From the IMG/VR virus record IMGVR_UViG_3300033120_000711: a stretch of DNA of 64,000 bases; one strand, written 5' to 3'. The DNA comes from an uncultured virus (IMG/VR IMGVR_UViG_3300033120_000711) (taxonomy: Duplodnaviria; Heunggongvirae; Uroviricota; Caudoviricetes). This document shows, piece after piece, positions 18,800 through 28,489 of the stretch. Numbering within the stretch: the first letter of the stretch is position 1; each line of letters opens with the position of its first letter. The notes below the pieces were generated by a model. The model was not told the origin of the DNA. It made no database searches and saw only the letters and a program-made list of their open reading frames with translations. The position numbers were made by a program, and so were the translations under genes.

Positions 18800-21700
18800 C
18801 TTTTAATTCTAGCAAATATGGCAGTTCTGTTTTTAACCGTGGATCAGGATTATATGTTACATCATCGATTTTATCTAAGTGGAATGATATATCATATGTT
18901 GAAGATAGTTTAAATTTTATTTATAATAATATTAATTATATAGAATATTTAGATTTATTTAAGTGGAATTCGTTAATCGAAACTGAAGAATTTTCTAGTA
19001 TTAAAAAATGGATAAATTTTGAATATTTAGATGAGATTAAAGCGACTAAATGGAATAATATCTCATATACTACAGAAGATACTATTATTAACTGGGGAAT
19101 AAGAAGCTATTTTAGAAATCTAAGATTTAATCAAGAAAAATATAATAAATCTTCATTTAATCGTGGAACATTCTATGTTTCTTCTTCTAGTATTGCTAAA
19201 TGGAAAAACAGGATGTTTACCGATGATTTCAAGATTATTAGATGGAACAATAAAATATTTACTGATGAATATTTTTCTACTATTAATTGGTTGAATCAGA
19301 TATTTTTATCTGGATCTTGTGACTTTAAATGGAATAATTTAACTTTTGTTTCTGAGGTTTTAAATTATTTCAAGTGGAATGGATCTTTTTATAATGAATC
19401 TTTTAATGTTTTCAAGTGGCCTAATTTAATGTTTTTATCAAATGCCTCTTCTGCAAAGTGGAACGGAGCATCTTATTTTACTATACAAAATATTTTAAAT
19501 TGGAATAATATATCTGGAGTAGTTTTTCCTCTTAACGATTATTTAAGTGTTAAAACTATACAAGATAAATATATATATCCTAATATAATTAATGGGAAGA
19601 TTTCTTTTAAAAAAGGATCAATAGGAGAGGCAAACTTTGAATTAGCAGAACCTATCCCGGAAGATTCGCGGTGTACTTTTTATCTTAAGGGTAATGCGAG
19701 AATGTTTGATGGAGTTTCTAGACGTTGTGTGAGAAACTCCAGTGGGACATATGACACTGCGATTCAAGAATATAGTGAAATATTAAAACCGGAAAGCGGT
19801 AAGGGCGGGGTTTATCTCGTAAAGAATAATTGGCATAATATTAAATTAGAAAATCTGATTTCCAGCTTAAAGCCTTCCGATAATAACGGAGAAATTGGAC
19901 TCATTTATATGGCTTTTTCTGCGATTCATAACTCATTTTTTAAAGAATATGATGCAAGTAATAATATTTTTGTTTTTGAATATTCTGGAATACCTTATAA
20001 TATAACCGAAGTGTTTGAGGATTCTAATGTATTGCCTCAACGAAGCAACATAGATTCATTAAAAGATACTACATTAACTACTGGGTTAGATCTTAATGGT
20101 TCTGAAACTTCTGTTTATGTCAATACTACTGTTGGATTTGCGTCTAGTGGATCTATTTATATAGGTAGTGAACAGATAAGTTACGCCTCCAAGACCGCGA
20201 GTCAATTTATTGGATGTGTTCGTGGTGTTGGAGGGACCGCAAAGAACGCTCATGCGTCTGGAGATGTTGTAGACTTAAAATCTCAAGCGTCGTGTTTATT
20301 AACATCTGCCCTTGCTCGTAATGGTTCTGAAACAGTAGTATATGTTAATAATACGAATAATTTTAGTTCAAGCGGATCGTTTTTTATTGGAGGAGAAGAG
20401 ATAGCTTATACTAGTAAAACATCGACGAGTTTTGTAGGTTGTTCCAGAAATTATTCTGGATCATTAGGATATTGGTCTGCGGGAGAACACTCTATAGGAA
20501 GTGTTGTCAATCATAATTCGAAGTTTCGTGGTTGGTACCATGATTCTGAGAATAAGGCTCTTTATATTCGATGCTCTGATGATACGTCTCCGTATTATCA
20601 TGTAATTTCCGTGCCATACATTTGGGATTTTAAGGTTCCAATTAGAATTGGAAATATTAATAGCGCGGTTTCCCAATCTTCACCAATAACAATATACTCT
20701 GGATCATCTGGAACCAATAAAATCCCGACTTCTCAACCACCCAGCATAGGCTGTTATCTTCAAATTATGGGAACTGGTACACCAGGAAGCGTTATAATTA
20801 CGGGTGTTGCGACAGATTCTAGTACGACTGAAACCATAAGCGTGTCTGATTTTGATGTCACAAAAATGGCTATTAGTGCTAAAAAATGGATTTCTATTTC
20901 TAATTTAAATATATCTACTTGGAATTCTGTTATAATAAAGTCATCTCCTCCAATTATAACGTTTTGGGAAACGGCAAATGGAGATGTTCCGCTTGATAAT
21001 ATAGAATTGTTGCTTACGGCTCTAGATTTAGAATATGAATTTATTTTTAGAAATGGAGTTTGTTATATAGATATTTCTAGTAAAATTGGAAATGGAATTT
21101 CCGGTTCTCCTGCAAATCATTATATTGAAAAAATAAATATAAATTCAGTTTCTGAAATTGACATGTCAGATTCTCGTAATATGATTAATGGGGTTATTTT
21201 TACTGGATATGGGAGCGGGGCGGCAGGAGTGAAGTCAGGGAAGCATATTAATATGGGTCGTGGAGGAAGATTTGTTTTATTAGACGATTCTACGGTTCAT
21301 AGTCAGTTTATTGCGGATAATTTTGTTGTTAAATATCTAAATGAACATTATTTACCCGCGAGAAGTCTTAAATTTACCTCTTCGTTACTTGTTGGAGATG
21401 TTATTGACCAACGAAGAATTGGGGATACTGCACATATTTCTATCCCATCAGAATTTATAGAACAGGACTTAAGAGTCAAAGAAATATTTATAAAATTAAA
21501 GCCGCTGTCTCAGACTTTGACTTTTGGAGATAAATTAATTTCTTATGACGATCAAATAAAAGCAATGAGATCCGCCTCAGAAAGATACAGAAAACATCTC
21601 CAAGATGAAATTGAAGAATTTTCATGGTCTTGGTCAGAGAATGTTGATTCTTCTGCGGCAAGGGCGAATACATTTGAAATAACAAGTGACATATTAAAAG

Positions 21701-22797
21701 TTCAAAAATTAGAGTTAACTTGTAGTACTAGTTTTCACGTTACGGATACAAATTTGGGATCTGGTATAGGTGGAGGCGGAGGCGGCGGCGGCGGATCTAC
21801 TGGGAATGAGGAAGGAACGGTTTCTACACATCATCATCAGGTTGTTGGAGTAACTGATGTGCCAAGTGCTACTGTAGAGGTTTCAGCAAAAGGGCATACT
21901 CATACATACTCTTCGGTTTCTGGAGTTCCAAGTGCTACTGTAGAGGTTTCAGCAAAAGGGCATACTCATACACATTCTACTACCTCTGATGAGCCATCTG
22001 ATTTTGTTTATGTGATAACCGATATTCCAAATGTGGAAGTAACCCTTAATCCAAATGTAGCTTGTTGTACCGCAGTTGGTTGTGGTAAGGCATTCTTAAC
22101 TTCTGCTACTACCGTTACGGGTGGAATTGGAGTTCCCACTACAACGGCGGTAGCAGGCTATAAACATACACATTCAATTGAAGGAATTACATCCGGTGAT
22201 GATAGTTGGAGAACCGTTCCCACTTCTGACCATACACATTCAGTTAATGGAACTACATCTGGCGATGACAGTTACCGTACCGTTTCTACGTTTGACCATA
22301 CACATCAGATCAATTTTCAAACTTCTGATGCAGAGGAAGGTTCCGCATTGTTTACGTCTTCAGATTATATTACTCAGTTTGTTTACAAAGATCAAGGTGG
22401 AATTCTTACGAATATAGTAACCGGAAGGCCATATGGTGAAGGAGATCCCATTTATGAAACTTATAGAAGTGACCCAGATTATAGATTTAAGGCTACTGAT
22501 ATTTATACGTTGTTTAGGGGCGGAGGTAATCCAGATTTAGATCCTGAAATGCTACTTACTATAATGATAAGTGGTCCGGGAATAGTTGGGTCTCAAGAGA
22601 TTACTGGATCTCCATTTATTGTTAAAGTTTCAGATGATATTGGAAGTGTTTTAATAGATAATTTAGTTAAACAGAGTGGAACTTATACGGTTAATGTTGG
22701 AGTTCAACACTACCCTAGCTCTAGTGAAAAGGTTCAACTTCGATTTAGTATGCAAATTTCTGGACAAATTTTTGTTGATACAATTTTGAAAGAGTAG
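18796..22797 (+). CDS. Large tail tip/hub protein with fibre-like HxH repeats
   Basis: Follows TMP; N-terminal KWN repeats, central hub-like region, Gly run, C-terminal HTH(T/S) repeats. Confidence 0.65.
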   Translation: MTFNSSKYGSSVFNRGSGLYVTSSILSKWNDISYVEDSLNFIYNNINYIEYLDLFKWNSLIETEEFSSIKKWINFEYLDEIKATKWNNISYTTEDTIINWGIRSYFRNLRFNQEKYNKSSFNRGTFYVSSSSIAKWKNRMFTDDFKIIRWNNKIFTDEYFSTINWLNQIFLSGSCDFKWNNLTFVSEVLNYFKWNGSFYNESFNVFKWPNLMFLSNASSAKWNGASYFTIQNILNWNNISGVVFPLNDYLSVKTIQDKYIYPNIINGKISFKKGSIGEANFELAEPIPEDSRCTFYLKGNARMFDGVSRRCVRNSSGTYDTAIQEYSEILKPESGKGGVYLVKNNWHNIKLENLISSLKPSDNNGEIGLIYMAFSAIHNSFFKEYDASNNIFVFEYSGIPYNITEVFEDSNVLPQRSNIDSLKDTTLTTGLDLNGSETSVYVNTTVGFASSGSIYIGSEQISYASKTASQFIGCVRGVGGTAKNAHASGDVVDLKSQASCLLTSALARNGSETVVYVNNTNNFSSSGSFFIGGEEIAYTSKTSTSFVGCSRNYSGSLGYWSAGEHSIGSVVNHNSKFRGWYHDSENKALYIRCSDDTSPYYHVISVPYIWDFKVPIRIGNINSAVSQSSPITIYSGSSGTNKIPTSQPPSIGCYLQIMGTGTPGSVIITGVATDSSTTETISVSDFDVTKMAISAKKWISISNLNISTWNSVIIKSSPPIITFWETANGDVPLDNIELLLTALDLEYEFIFRNGVCYIDISSKIGNGISGSPANHYIEKININSVSEIDMSDSRNMINGVIFTGYGSGAAGVKSGKHINMGRGGRFVLLDDSTVHSQFIADNFVVKYLNEHYLPARSLKFTSSLLVGDVIDQRRIGDTAHISIPSEFIEQDLRVKEIFIKLKPLSQTLTFGDKLISYDDQIKAMRSASERYRKHLQDEIEEFSWSWSENVDSSAARANTFEITSDILKVQKLELTCSTSFHVTDTNLGSGIGGGGGGGGGSTGNEEGTVSTHHHQVVGVTDVPSATVEVSAKGHTHTYSSVSGVPSATVEVSAKGHTHTHSTTSDEPSDFVYVITDIPNVEVTLNPNVACCTAVGCGKAFLTSATTVTGGIGVPTTTAVAGYKHTHSIEGITSGDDSWRTVPTSDHTHSVNGTTSGDDSYRTVSTFDHTHQINFQTSDAEEGSALFTSSDYITQFVYKDQGGILTNIVTGRPYGEGDPIYETYRSDPDYRFKATDIYTLFRGGGNPDLDPEMLLTIMISGPGIVGSQEITGSPFIVKVSDDIGSVLIDNLVKQSGTYTVNVGVQHYPSSSEKVQLRFSMQISGQIFVDTILKE

Positions 22798-22836
22798 AAA
22801 AATTTAAATACAATAAAATATAATAGTAAGGTTAAA

Positions 22837-23178
22837 ATGGACGAAGAAACTAAGATTATAGAACTCTCCACTGGAGAAAAAATTAATATATTTTGTATGA
22901 AACAATTTGACGATTTAACTCTTAATATGGAAGTTATTTGGGATATATTAGAAGTTGTGACTGGATTATCTCGTTTAAATATAACAAGAAATGAGTCTGG
23001 TGATATAAAAGACGTAGAACTTTGTATCCCAAAAGTAGACGAAAATTTAGTTTTATTTGCGTTAAGAAATTTTATTGAATTCCAAAAGATGAGAAATGGT
23101 GAAGGTATTTCTGCCGAATCAATTTTAGAACTGCGTCGCGTTAAAATTAAGAAATATATAGAAGGTATTAATGACTAA
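22837..23178 (+). CDS. Hypothetical protein
   Basis: ORF with its own BRE-TATA upstream. Confidence 0.55.
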   Translation: MDEETKIIELSTGEKINIFCMKQFDDLTLNMEVIWDILEVVTGLSRLNITRNESGDIKDVELCIPKVDENLVLFALRNFIEFQKMRNGEGISAESILELRRVKIKKYIEGIND

Positions 23179-24301
23179 TATTTTTTACTTAAATTCGTTA
23201 GAATTAAGTCCGGTAAATAATATTTATATAACAGACTCTGTTTCATTTGACCCTTCTTCTACTTTTGAAACAGAATCATTTTGGCACGGGACAATTGTTA
23301 ATGTTACTGATATTCAACCCAAGACCACTAAAGTAATATTAAGGGGATATTGTTCTACTGAGTTGGCGTTACAAAGTTTAGCGTATTATCATATCACTAA
23401 TTATAATTGGAATGAAGATTCAGAAAATGTGTATTTAATTAAAGATCTTTCACGTAGATGGAAAGTTAAATCTTTAGAATTTTCTTATGAACATTCCTAT
23501 CCCAGTATGCCATATTCATTTAGTATTATTGTAATTTTATCTGAAGTTGGATCTGAAGGATATGTCCAATCTTCAAAGTCGGGATCGTCAAATTCTTCTC
23601 CTGTATCTATAACCTCTATTTTAAACTCGGGAGATCAAATTAGCTTATATGAATCATTAAAAATAACAGGAAGTTATTATAATGGAACCAATCTTACATC
23701 TCCTGTTATAGAACAAGATACTGTTGGATATAATATTGTAATTTCAGATGTTTTGTTAGATTCGGCAGAATTTGAGTTCTATAATAATTATACTGCTAAA
23801 CATACTTACATAGATTCATTTTTGGATTCTAATAAATTTACATATAATAGTAGTTCCTCTGTTAATGTAACTTTTTCCACTAATCATTTATCTATTGCTG
23901 CTAATGGGTCTTTGGTTTATAGGTTTCGATTGGGTCATCCTCTTTTAGAAGATCCCGTTTTAACTATGACAATTTCATCTTTGGTGGGATCTCCAAAATT
24001 GGAAGTGTCTACAGATAATGTTAATTGGTGGGAATGTGAAAAAAACCTTGTCGCCGGTAGTTTAACGGGGTATAACCTAACTAAGATATCCGGTAGTAAT
24101 GATTTTTATTTTAGAATAACTACAAATTCTAGTTCTACTTTAAATATTTATTATATGAAATTAGTCTCGTGGCATAATTATAGTGGTCAAAGACCCATTC
24201 CATATTTAAGGTCCAATAGTGTTGAGGAAAAATTGAATTTAACGTTTTCTGCGGGAGCAATAGCGTATGATGTAAGATATAGAGATAAATGGTCTGTATA
24301 A
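23171..24301 (+). CDS. Putative distal tail (Dit-like) protein
   Basis: Beta-rich, N.GD motif, tail-region context. Confidence 0.45.
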   Translation: MTNIFYLNSLELSPVNNIYITDSVSFDPSSTFETESFWHGTIVNVTDIQPKTTKVILRGYCSTELALQSLAYYHITNYNWNEDSENVYLIKDLSRRWKVKSLEFSYEHSYPSMPYSFSIIVILSEVGSEGYVQSSKSGSSNSSPVSITSILNSGDQISLYESLKITGSYYNGTNLTSPVIEQDTVGYNIVISDVLLDSAEFEFYNNYTAKHTYIDSFLDSNKFTYNSSSSVNVTFSTNHLSIAANGSLVYRFRLGHPLLEDPVLTMTISSLVGSPKLEVSTDNVNWWECEKNLVAGSLTGYNLTKISGSNDFYFRITTNSSSTLNIYYMKLVSWHNYSGQRPIPYLRSNSVEEKLNLTFSAGAIAYDVRYRDKWSV

Positions 24302-24306
24302 TATTA

Positions 24307-24327
24307 TATAATTCATAATTTTAAAAT
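24307..24327 (+). promoter_or_regulatory. Conserved late-gene motif, copy 6
   Basis: TATAATTCATAATTTTAAAAT; ATG 24362 lies 35 nt from motif end. Confidence 0.7.
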
Positions 24328-24361
24328 ATGTATAGTGTTTTGTTTAATAGTTGGAGGTTTT

Positions 24362-25099
24362 ATGCCTATAGTTCCTACTGATATAAAAATTTATGAGTCT
24401 AAATCATCTGCTTCTGCTGATGGGGAATCTGGAGGAGATGGACTTGGAGGATACCGCTCATCTGATGAAATCGTAACGGATACTGACGAGAACCTTTTTG
24501 ACAATGTTTCTGCGGCAGAGTCGGAAACTGGAGATACCGAATACAGGGCATTTTTTGTTATGAATACCCATGCAACTTTATCATTTACTAATGCTAAAGT
24601 ATATATATCTCCAACAGGAACTCTTCCGATGTCTTTGTTAACGACACAACTTGAAAATGGAGGTTCCGAAACAACCGTTGATGTCGCAGACGCTTCTGAT
24701 TTCCCAACATCGGGTGCTTTTTTTGTTGAAGATGAAGAAATTACTTATACTGGAAAAACAGGAAATCAGTTTACTGGCTGCTCTCGTGGTGCGAATGGAA
24801 CTTCTAAGGTTTTACATACTACAGCAAAGAGAATTGAACATAATCAAGTAAGATTTTATGTTGAAGAACCTAGCAATAAGTCTAGTGGATATATTGCTAC
24901 TATTGCAGATGAGAGTACGGAACCCGCAGGGTCTCCTACTTGGCTTAATCCATATACGTTTGCAACGGGCGCTTCAATTGGAACACTTGCTCCTGGAGAG
25001 TTTTATGGTGTTTGGGTCAGAAGAAAAATTCCCGTTGGGTGTAAAGCGAAAACCGGGATATCATATGTTTTTGCTAAAAAGGGAGAAACTGCGGAGTGA
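24362..25099 (+). CDS. Minor tail protein
   Basis: GGAGG RBS; NLFDNVS..ES..GD.EYR..F..N...GVWVRR motif of phage tail proteins. Confidence 0.65.
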   Translation: MPIVPTDIKIYESKSSASADGESGGDGLGGYRSSDEIVTDTDENLFDNVSAAESETGDTEYRAFFVMNTHATLSFTNAKVYISPTGTLPMSLLTTQLENGGSETTVDVADASDFPTSGAFFVEDEEITYTGKTGNQFTGCSRGANGTSKVLHTTAKRIEHNQVRFYVEEPSNKSSGYIATIADESTEPAGSPTWLNPYTFATGASIGTLAPGEFYGVWVRRKIPVGCKAKTGISYVFAKKGETAE

Positions 25100-25104
25100 A
25101 TTAG

Positions 25105-26529
25105 GTGACGAAAAATTGGTCTCGTTTTCCTCTAGCAGAACCAACGGGCGAGGATTTATCTAATTTTTCTGCTTATCGTTTATATGAGAGATCTGTAATT
25201 GCCGGATATGGAGTTTTAAGTGGATGTGTCGTTACTAGGGTTAGTTCTACTGAGCTATCGATATCTAGTGGAGTTTTTACGGTATCTGGTGTAAAAAGTA
25301 CGTTTGCGGGTGCAAGTTTAACAAGTATTTCTGCTGCGTCATCTGGCTATCATAGGTATGATCTAGTTTATATTGATGGATCGGATTTAACCTCAAAACT
25401 AGAAGCAGGGGTGGAAGAAATTCCAGATAGTTCTATTGACTTTCTGGAAAATTATCATCCTCGTCCAGCCGAACCAACCGATACAGACTGGATTGTTTTA
25501 GCTGTTGTTAGAGTTACTGAAGACGGAATTGAAGATGCAGACTTTGGAACCGTAATATATGCTCAAGATAGCATAGCAGACATGCGGTTGTCTCCTCCAT
25601 TTGCGGTAGATGATGTGACCCTTCAAGTTATTGATGGAGTGGCTTCTGTTAAATCTGCTGCGGGACATGCATCCTCACATAAGATTGGAGGGTCAGATTC
25701 AATTAAGTTGGATGAATTTGCAGATCCTGAAGATAATACGAAGCTTAATGTTTCTGCACTTGCTCACGGATTATGTCCTAAAATTCCCAATAATACAACA
25801 ACCTTTTTAAGAGGAGATGGTTCATATGCGGTTCCATCCGTGTCTGCTCATGCCTCTACTCACACTTCTGGTCAATCCGATGCTATAAAAATTGATGATC
25901 TAGCTGCCGGAGACGATAATACTGATTTAAACGTAAGTACGTCTAAACACGGTCTTTGTCCAAAACTCTCTAATACTGCAACACAAGCCCTGCTTGGTAA
26001 CGGAACTTATGGAAATCCCGCTCCAGCTACTCATTCTACTAGTCATAAATCGGGTGGATCGGATTCAATAAAATTAGACGAATTGGCTGCGCCAACTGAT
26101 GTAATCACCTTAAATGTTTCAACTTCTGTTCATGGTCTTTGTCCGAAAGCCCCGGCTGTTGTGACTCAGTTTTTGAACGGGTTAAGTGGCGGATGGACGG
26201 TTCCCAATGTTTCTGTTTATGGTCCATATAGAATTACTCACGATGGAGGAGCGTCGCAGGCTATTTTAACGACTTCTGCTCTTTGTGAGATTGACGAGAT
26301 TGTGGTTAAATGTCAACAGGCAGGAGCATCTCGGACGGTGGACATTGGATGGGCGGCAGACACAAATGCTTTAATGGCTGACAGTGAGGTTCCCCATACA
26401 TTAAACGGGACTAAGTTCATTCGAGATCCTATTACTGAAATTACTTCTGCTACGGCCTTGATTGCTACTGTTGGCGGATCTGGAGATGGAGAATGGGATA
26501 TATGGTTAAAAATTTCGAGGTATGAGTAA
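25105..26529 (+). CDS. Tail fibre-like protein with three His-containing repeats
   Basis: Three copies of H...H..G.SD.IK.D....D...LNVS...HGLCPK. Confidence 0.6.
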   Translation: MTKNWSRFPLAEPTGEDLSNFSAYRLYERSVIAGYGVLSGCVVTRVSSTELSISSGVFTVSGVKSTFAGASLTSISAASSGYHRYDLVYIDGSDLTSKLEAGVEEIPDSSIDFLENYHPRPAEPTDTDWIVLAVVRVTEDGIEDADFGTVIYAQDSIADMRLSPPFAVDDVTLQVIDGVASVKSAAGHASSHKIGGSDSIKLDEFADPEDNTKLNVSALAHGLCPKIPNNTTTFLRGDGSYAVPSVSAHASTHTSGQSDAIKIDDLAAGDDNTDLNVSTSKHGLCPKLSNTATQALLGNGTYGNPAPATHSTSHKSGGSDSIKLDELAAPTDVITLNVSTSVHGLCPKAPAVVTQFLNGLSGGWTVPNVSVYGPYRITHDGGASQAILTTSALCEIDEIVVKCQQAGASRTVDIGWAADTNALMADSEVPHTLNGTKFIRDPITEITSATALIATVGGSGDGEWDIWLKISRYE

Positions 26530-28173
26530 ATGAAATTTATTAATGTTGTTTTTACGATATTTATATTAATATTTATTGTTGGAAGCGGACTAGCCGCGAA
26601 AAGCGGACCTATTGAGATGCGGACCGGGGCAAACATAACCCTTGATGGCGGAAAGGTTCTTGCGTCACCAAACGGCACAGCGGCTACTGATCTGTGGACC
26701 GTTCAGCAGAGTTGGGACAAAATAAACAAATCTGGCGACACGATGCAAGGGGTGCTGAATGTCGTCAACGGCACCGGGCAAGCAGCGGCGAGCTATGCGC
26801 AACTCCACGCAGGGGCTACCGCCGTAACGGTGGGGTTTGCGGATACGGATTATATCGTTTCTGGAACGGCTGTAGATGAAATTCAGGCAGCCGTTGATCA
26901 TCAGTATGTGCATGGTGGGGGGGATGTGATCCTTGCGCCAGGAAATTATTCTGGATTCGGAAGCTCGGAATTTATCTTGAAAAGAGGGGTACGTTTAATT
27001 GGGAGCGGCGCGTGGTATTCTTCAAACGCTACAAGCACGCATATTAACGCCGTTACCACGTTTACCGTTACTGGTTCAACTTATCCGGCGATAAAAGTTG
27101 AGGGTGGTATGTGGACTGTCCAAAATATCAGGGCATGGTATCCGAATCAGGTCAGAACAAACGTCACCATGACGGTTTATCCCGAGTTCATTTCAGATAC
27201 CAATCATTATGATGCTACTGGATTCGTTATCCGATATGTAAATTTTGGAAATGCTTACGCGGCAGTAAAATTTGATGCCAGTTGCGGTCCCGGAGAAATA
27301 AAAGATTGTACCGGATTTCCGAGAAATGGGATCTACCTAGATAATGCGTGGGATTCGATTACGATCTCCGATGTGCACTTTCACCCGCTCTGGATGGGGC
27401 TAATAGACCCCGATCAGTCCACGGTCGCAGGGTTGCCCGCAGTAATTGGACAAATCCAACGATACGGGACTGCTTTTAAGGTGCTACGGAATGACGGCGG
27501 ATCGATGACCCGCTGCTTTGGTATTTATTACCATGAAGGAATAAATATCACGTATCCCGCAGGAGACATGTCGCTATCGCAGTGCATGATGGATGGCACG
27601 CCACATGGGTTTGTTTTGCTTGGGTCAACGCACGTAAAATTATCTCAATGTCTCGCATATGCCAGTACCGCCTACCCGACACCGCAGGTATTCGCAACCG
27701 ATGATTGTGGATTCCTGATCCAGGGAGTCGCGGCAAATGGCCATATTGGATACAATAGCCTCACGGATTGCGATGTTGGCCGGTCAGGCGGCGATGCCTT
27801 CACAATTTTGTCATCATCGCACAATGTGATTCAGGGCGGGACGGCTACCGGGTGGAATCAAGCATCAGCAACCGCATATAAATCAGCGGTATCCGTGACA
27901 CCTGCGGATTGGACTGCCGTAGCAAATGGCATCCACAATGGAATTTATCGGGCTAGTAATGTCACCGGGACGCGAGGCATTACATCTACCGCGATGTACA
28001 CCCAGATAAGCGGAATCAATGTGCTGGAATGCAACAATTATTCGATCTACTTGGGATCTGGCGGATATTACAATATCGTATCGGGCAGTACTGTCATTTC
28101 GGCCACGGTGAACTCCAGGGATCTGAGCACAGGCAGCGACAAGAGCCATAACATTGGTCTAACCTTTTCGTGA
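26530..28173 (+). CDS. Parallel beta-helix (pectin lyase-like) adhesin/tailspike with N-terminal signal-like peptide
   Basis: EIQAAVD....GGG.V.L.PG.Y...V.L.GSG beta-helix entry motif; hydrophobic N-terminus. Confidence 0.7.
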   Translation: MKFINVVFTIFILIFIVGSGLAAKSGPIEMRTGANITLDGGKVLASPNGTAATDLWTVQQSWDKINKSGDTMQGVLNVVNGTGQAAASYAQLHAGATAVTVGFADTDYIVSGTAVDEIQAAVDHQYVHGGGDVILAPGNYSGFGSSEFILKRGVRLIGSGAWYSSNATSTHINAVTTFTVTGSTYPAIKVEGGMWTVQNIRAWYPNQVRTNVTMTVYPEFISDTNHYDATGFVIRYVNFGNAYAAVKFDASCGPGEIKDCTGFPRNGIYLDNAWDSITISDVHFHPLWMGLIDPDQSTVAGLPAVIGQIQRYGTAFKVLRNDGGSMTRCFGIYYHEGINITYPAGDMSLSQCMMDGTPHGFVLLGSTHVKLSQCLAYASTAYPTPQVFATDDCGFLIQGVAANGHIGYNSLTDCDVGRSGGDAFTILSSSHNVIQGGTATGWNQASATAYKSAVSVTPADWTAVANGIHNGIYRASNVTGTRGITSTAMYTQISGINVLECNNYSIYLGSGGYYNIVSGSTVISATVNSRDLSTGSDKSHNIGLTFS

Positions 28174-28175
28174 TA

Positions 28176-28340
28176 TCATAGGTGGAGTATCCGGCCCATG
28201 CAAACCTCTTCGTGTGGCCGGGTTGTTTTTGTCATGCTTCTAACCTTGGATATGTGCTTGCAATCAGAATTATGCTTGATGCAAGCCAATCCAAACCCTT
28301 TGCAGGTGCAAGTAAAGATGTCACCGGGCGCGTGTAGACA
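28176..28340 (-). pseudogene. 5'-truncated SWIM zinc-finger gene remnant
   Basis: Minus frame reads ...GDIFTCTCKGF...DCKHISKV...* (CxC..CxH), with no start codon before the sequence turns AT-rich. Confidence 0.55.
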
Positions 28341-28410
28341 TAATATATTAGTAGCTTGATTTTTTATATGTGAAAATATAATTTAATTAGGATAGAAATT
28401 AATATATATA

Positions 28411-28431
28411 TTTAATTCATTTTTTTAAAAT
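28411..28431 (+). promoter_or_regulatory. Conserved late-gene motif, copy 7
   Basis: TTTAATTCATTTTTTTAAAAT. Confidence 0.75.
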
Positions 28432-28489
28432 ATCCTTTAATTCTTTTTATTGCTCTGTTTATTGATATCCAATTAATTGGTGCATATTA

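Noticed and set aside
21862..21973. Near-identical ~45-bp repeats in the tail-tip gene as a DGR template/variable pair
   Set aside because: They are in-frame HTHT fibre repeats, show no adenine-specific differences, and no reverse transcriptase is in the window.
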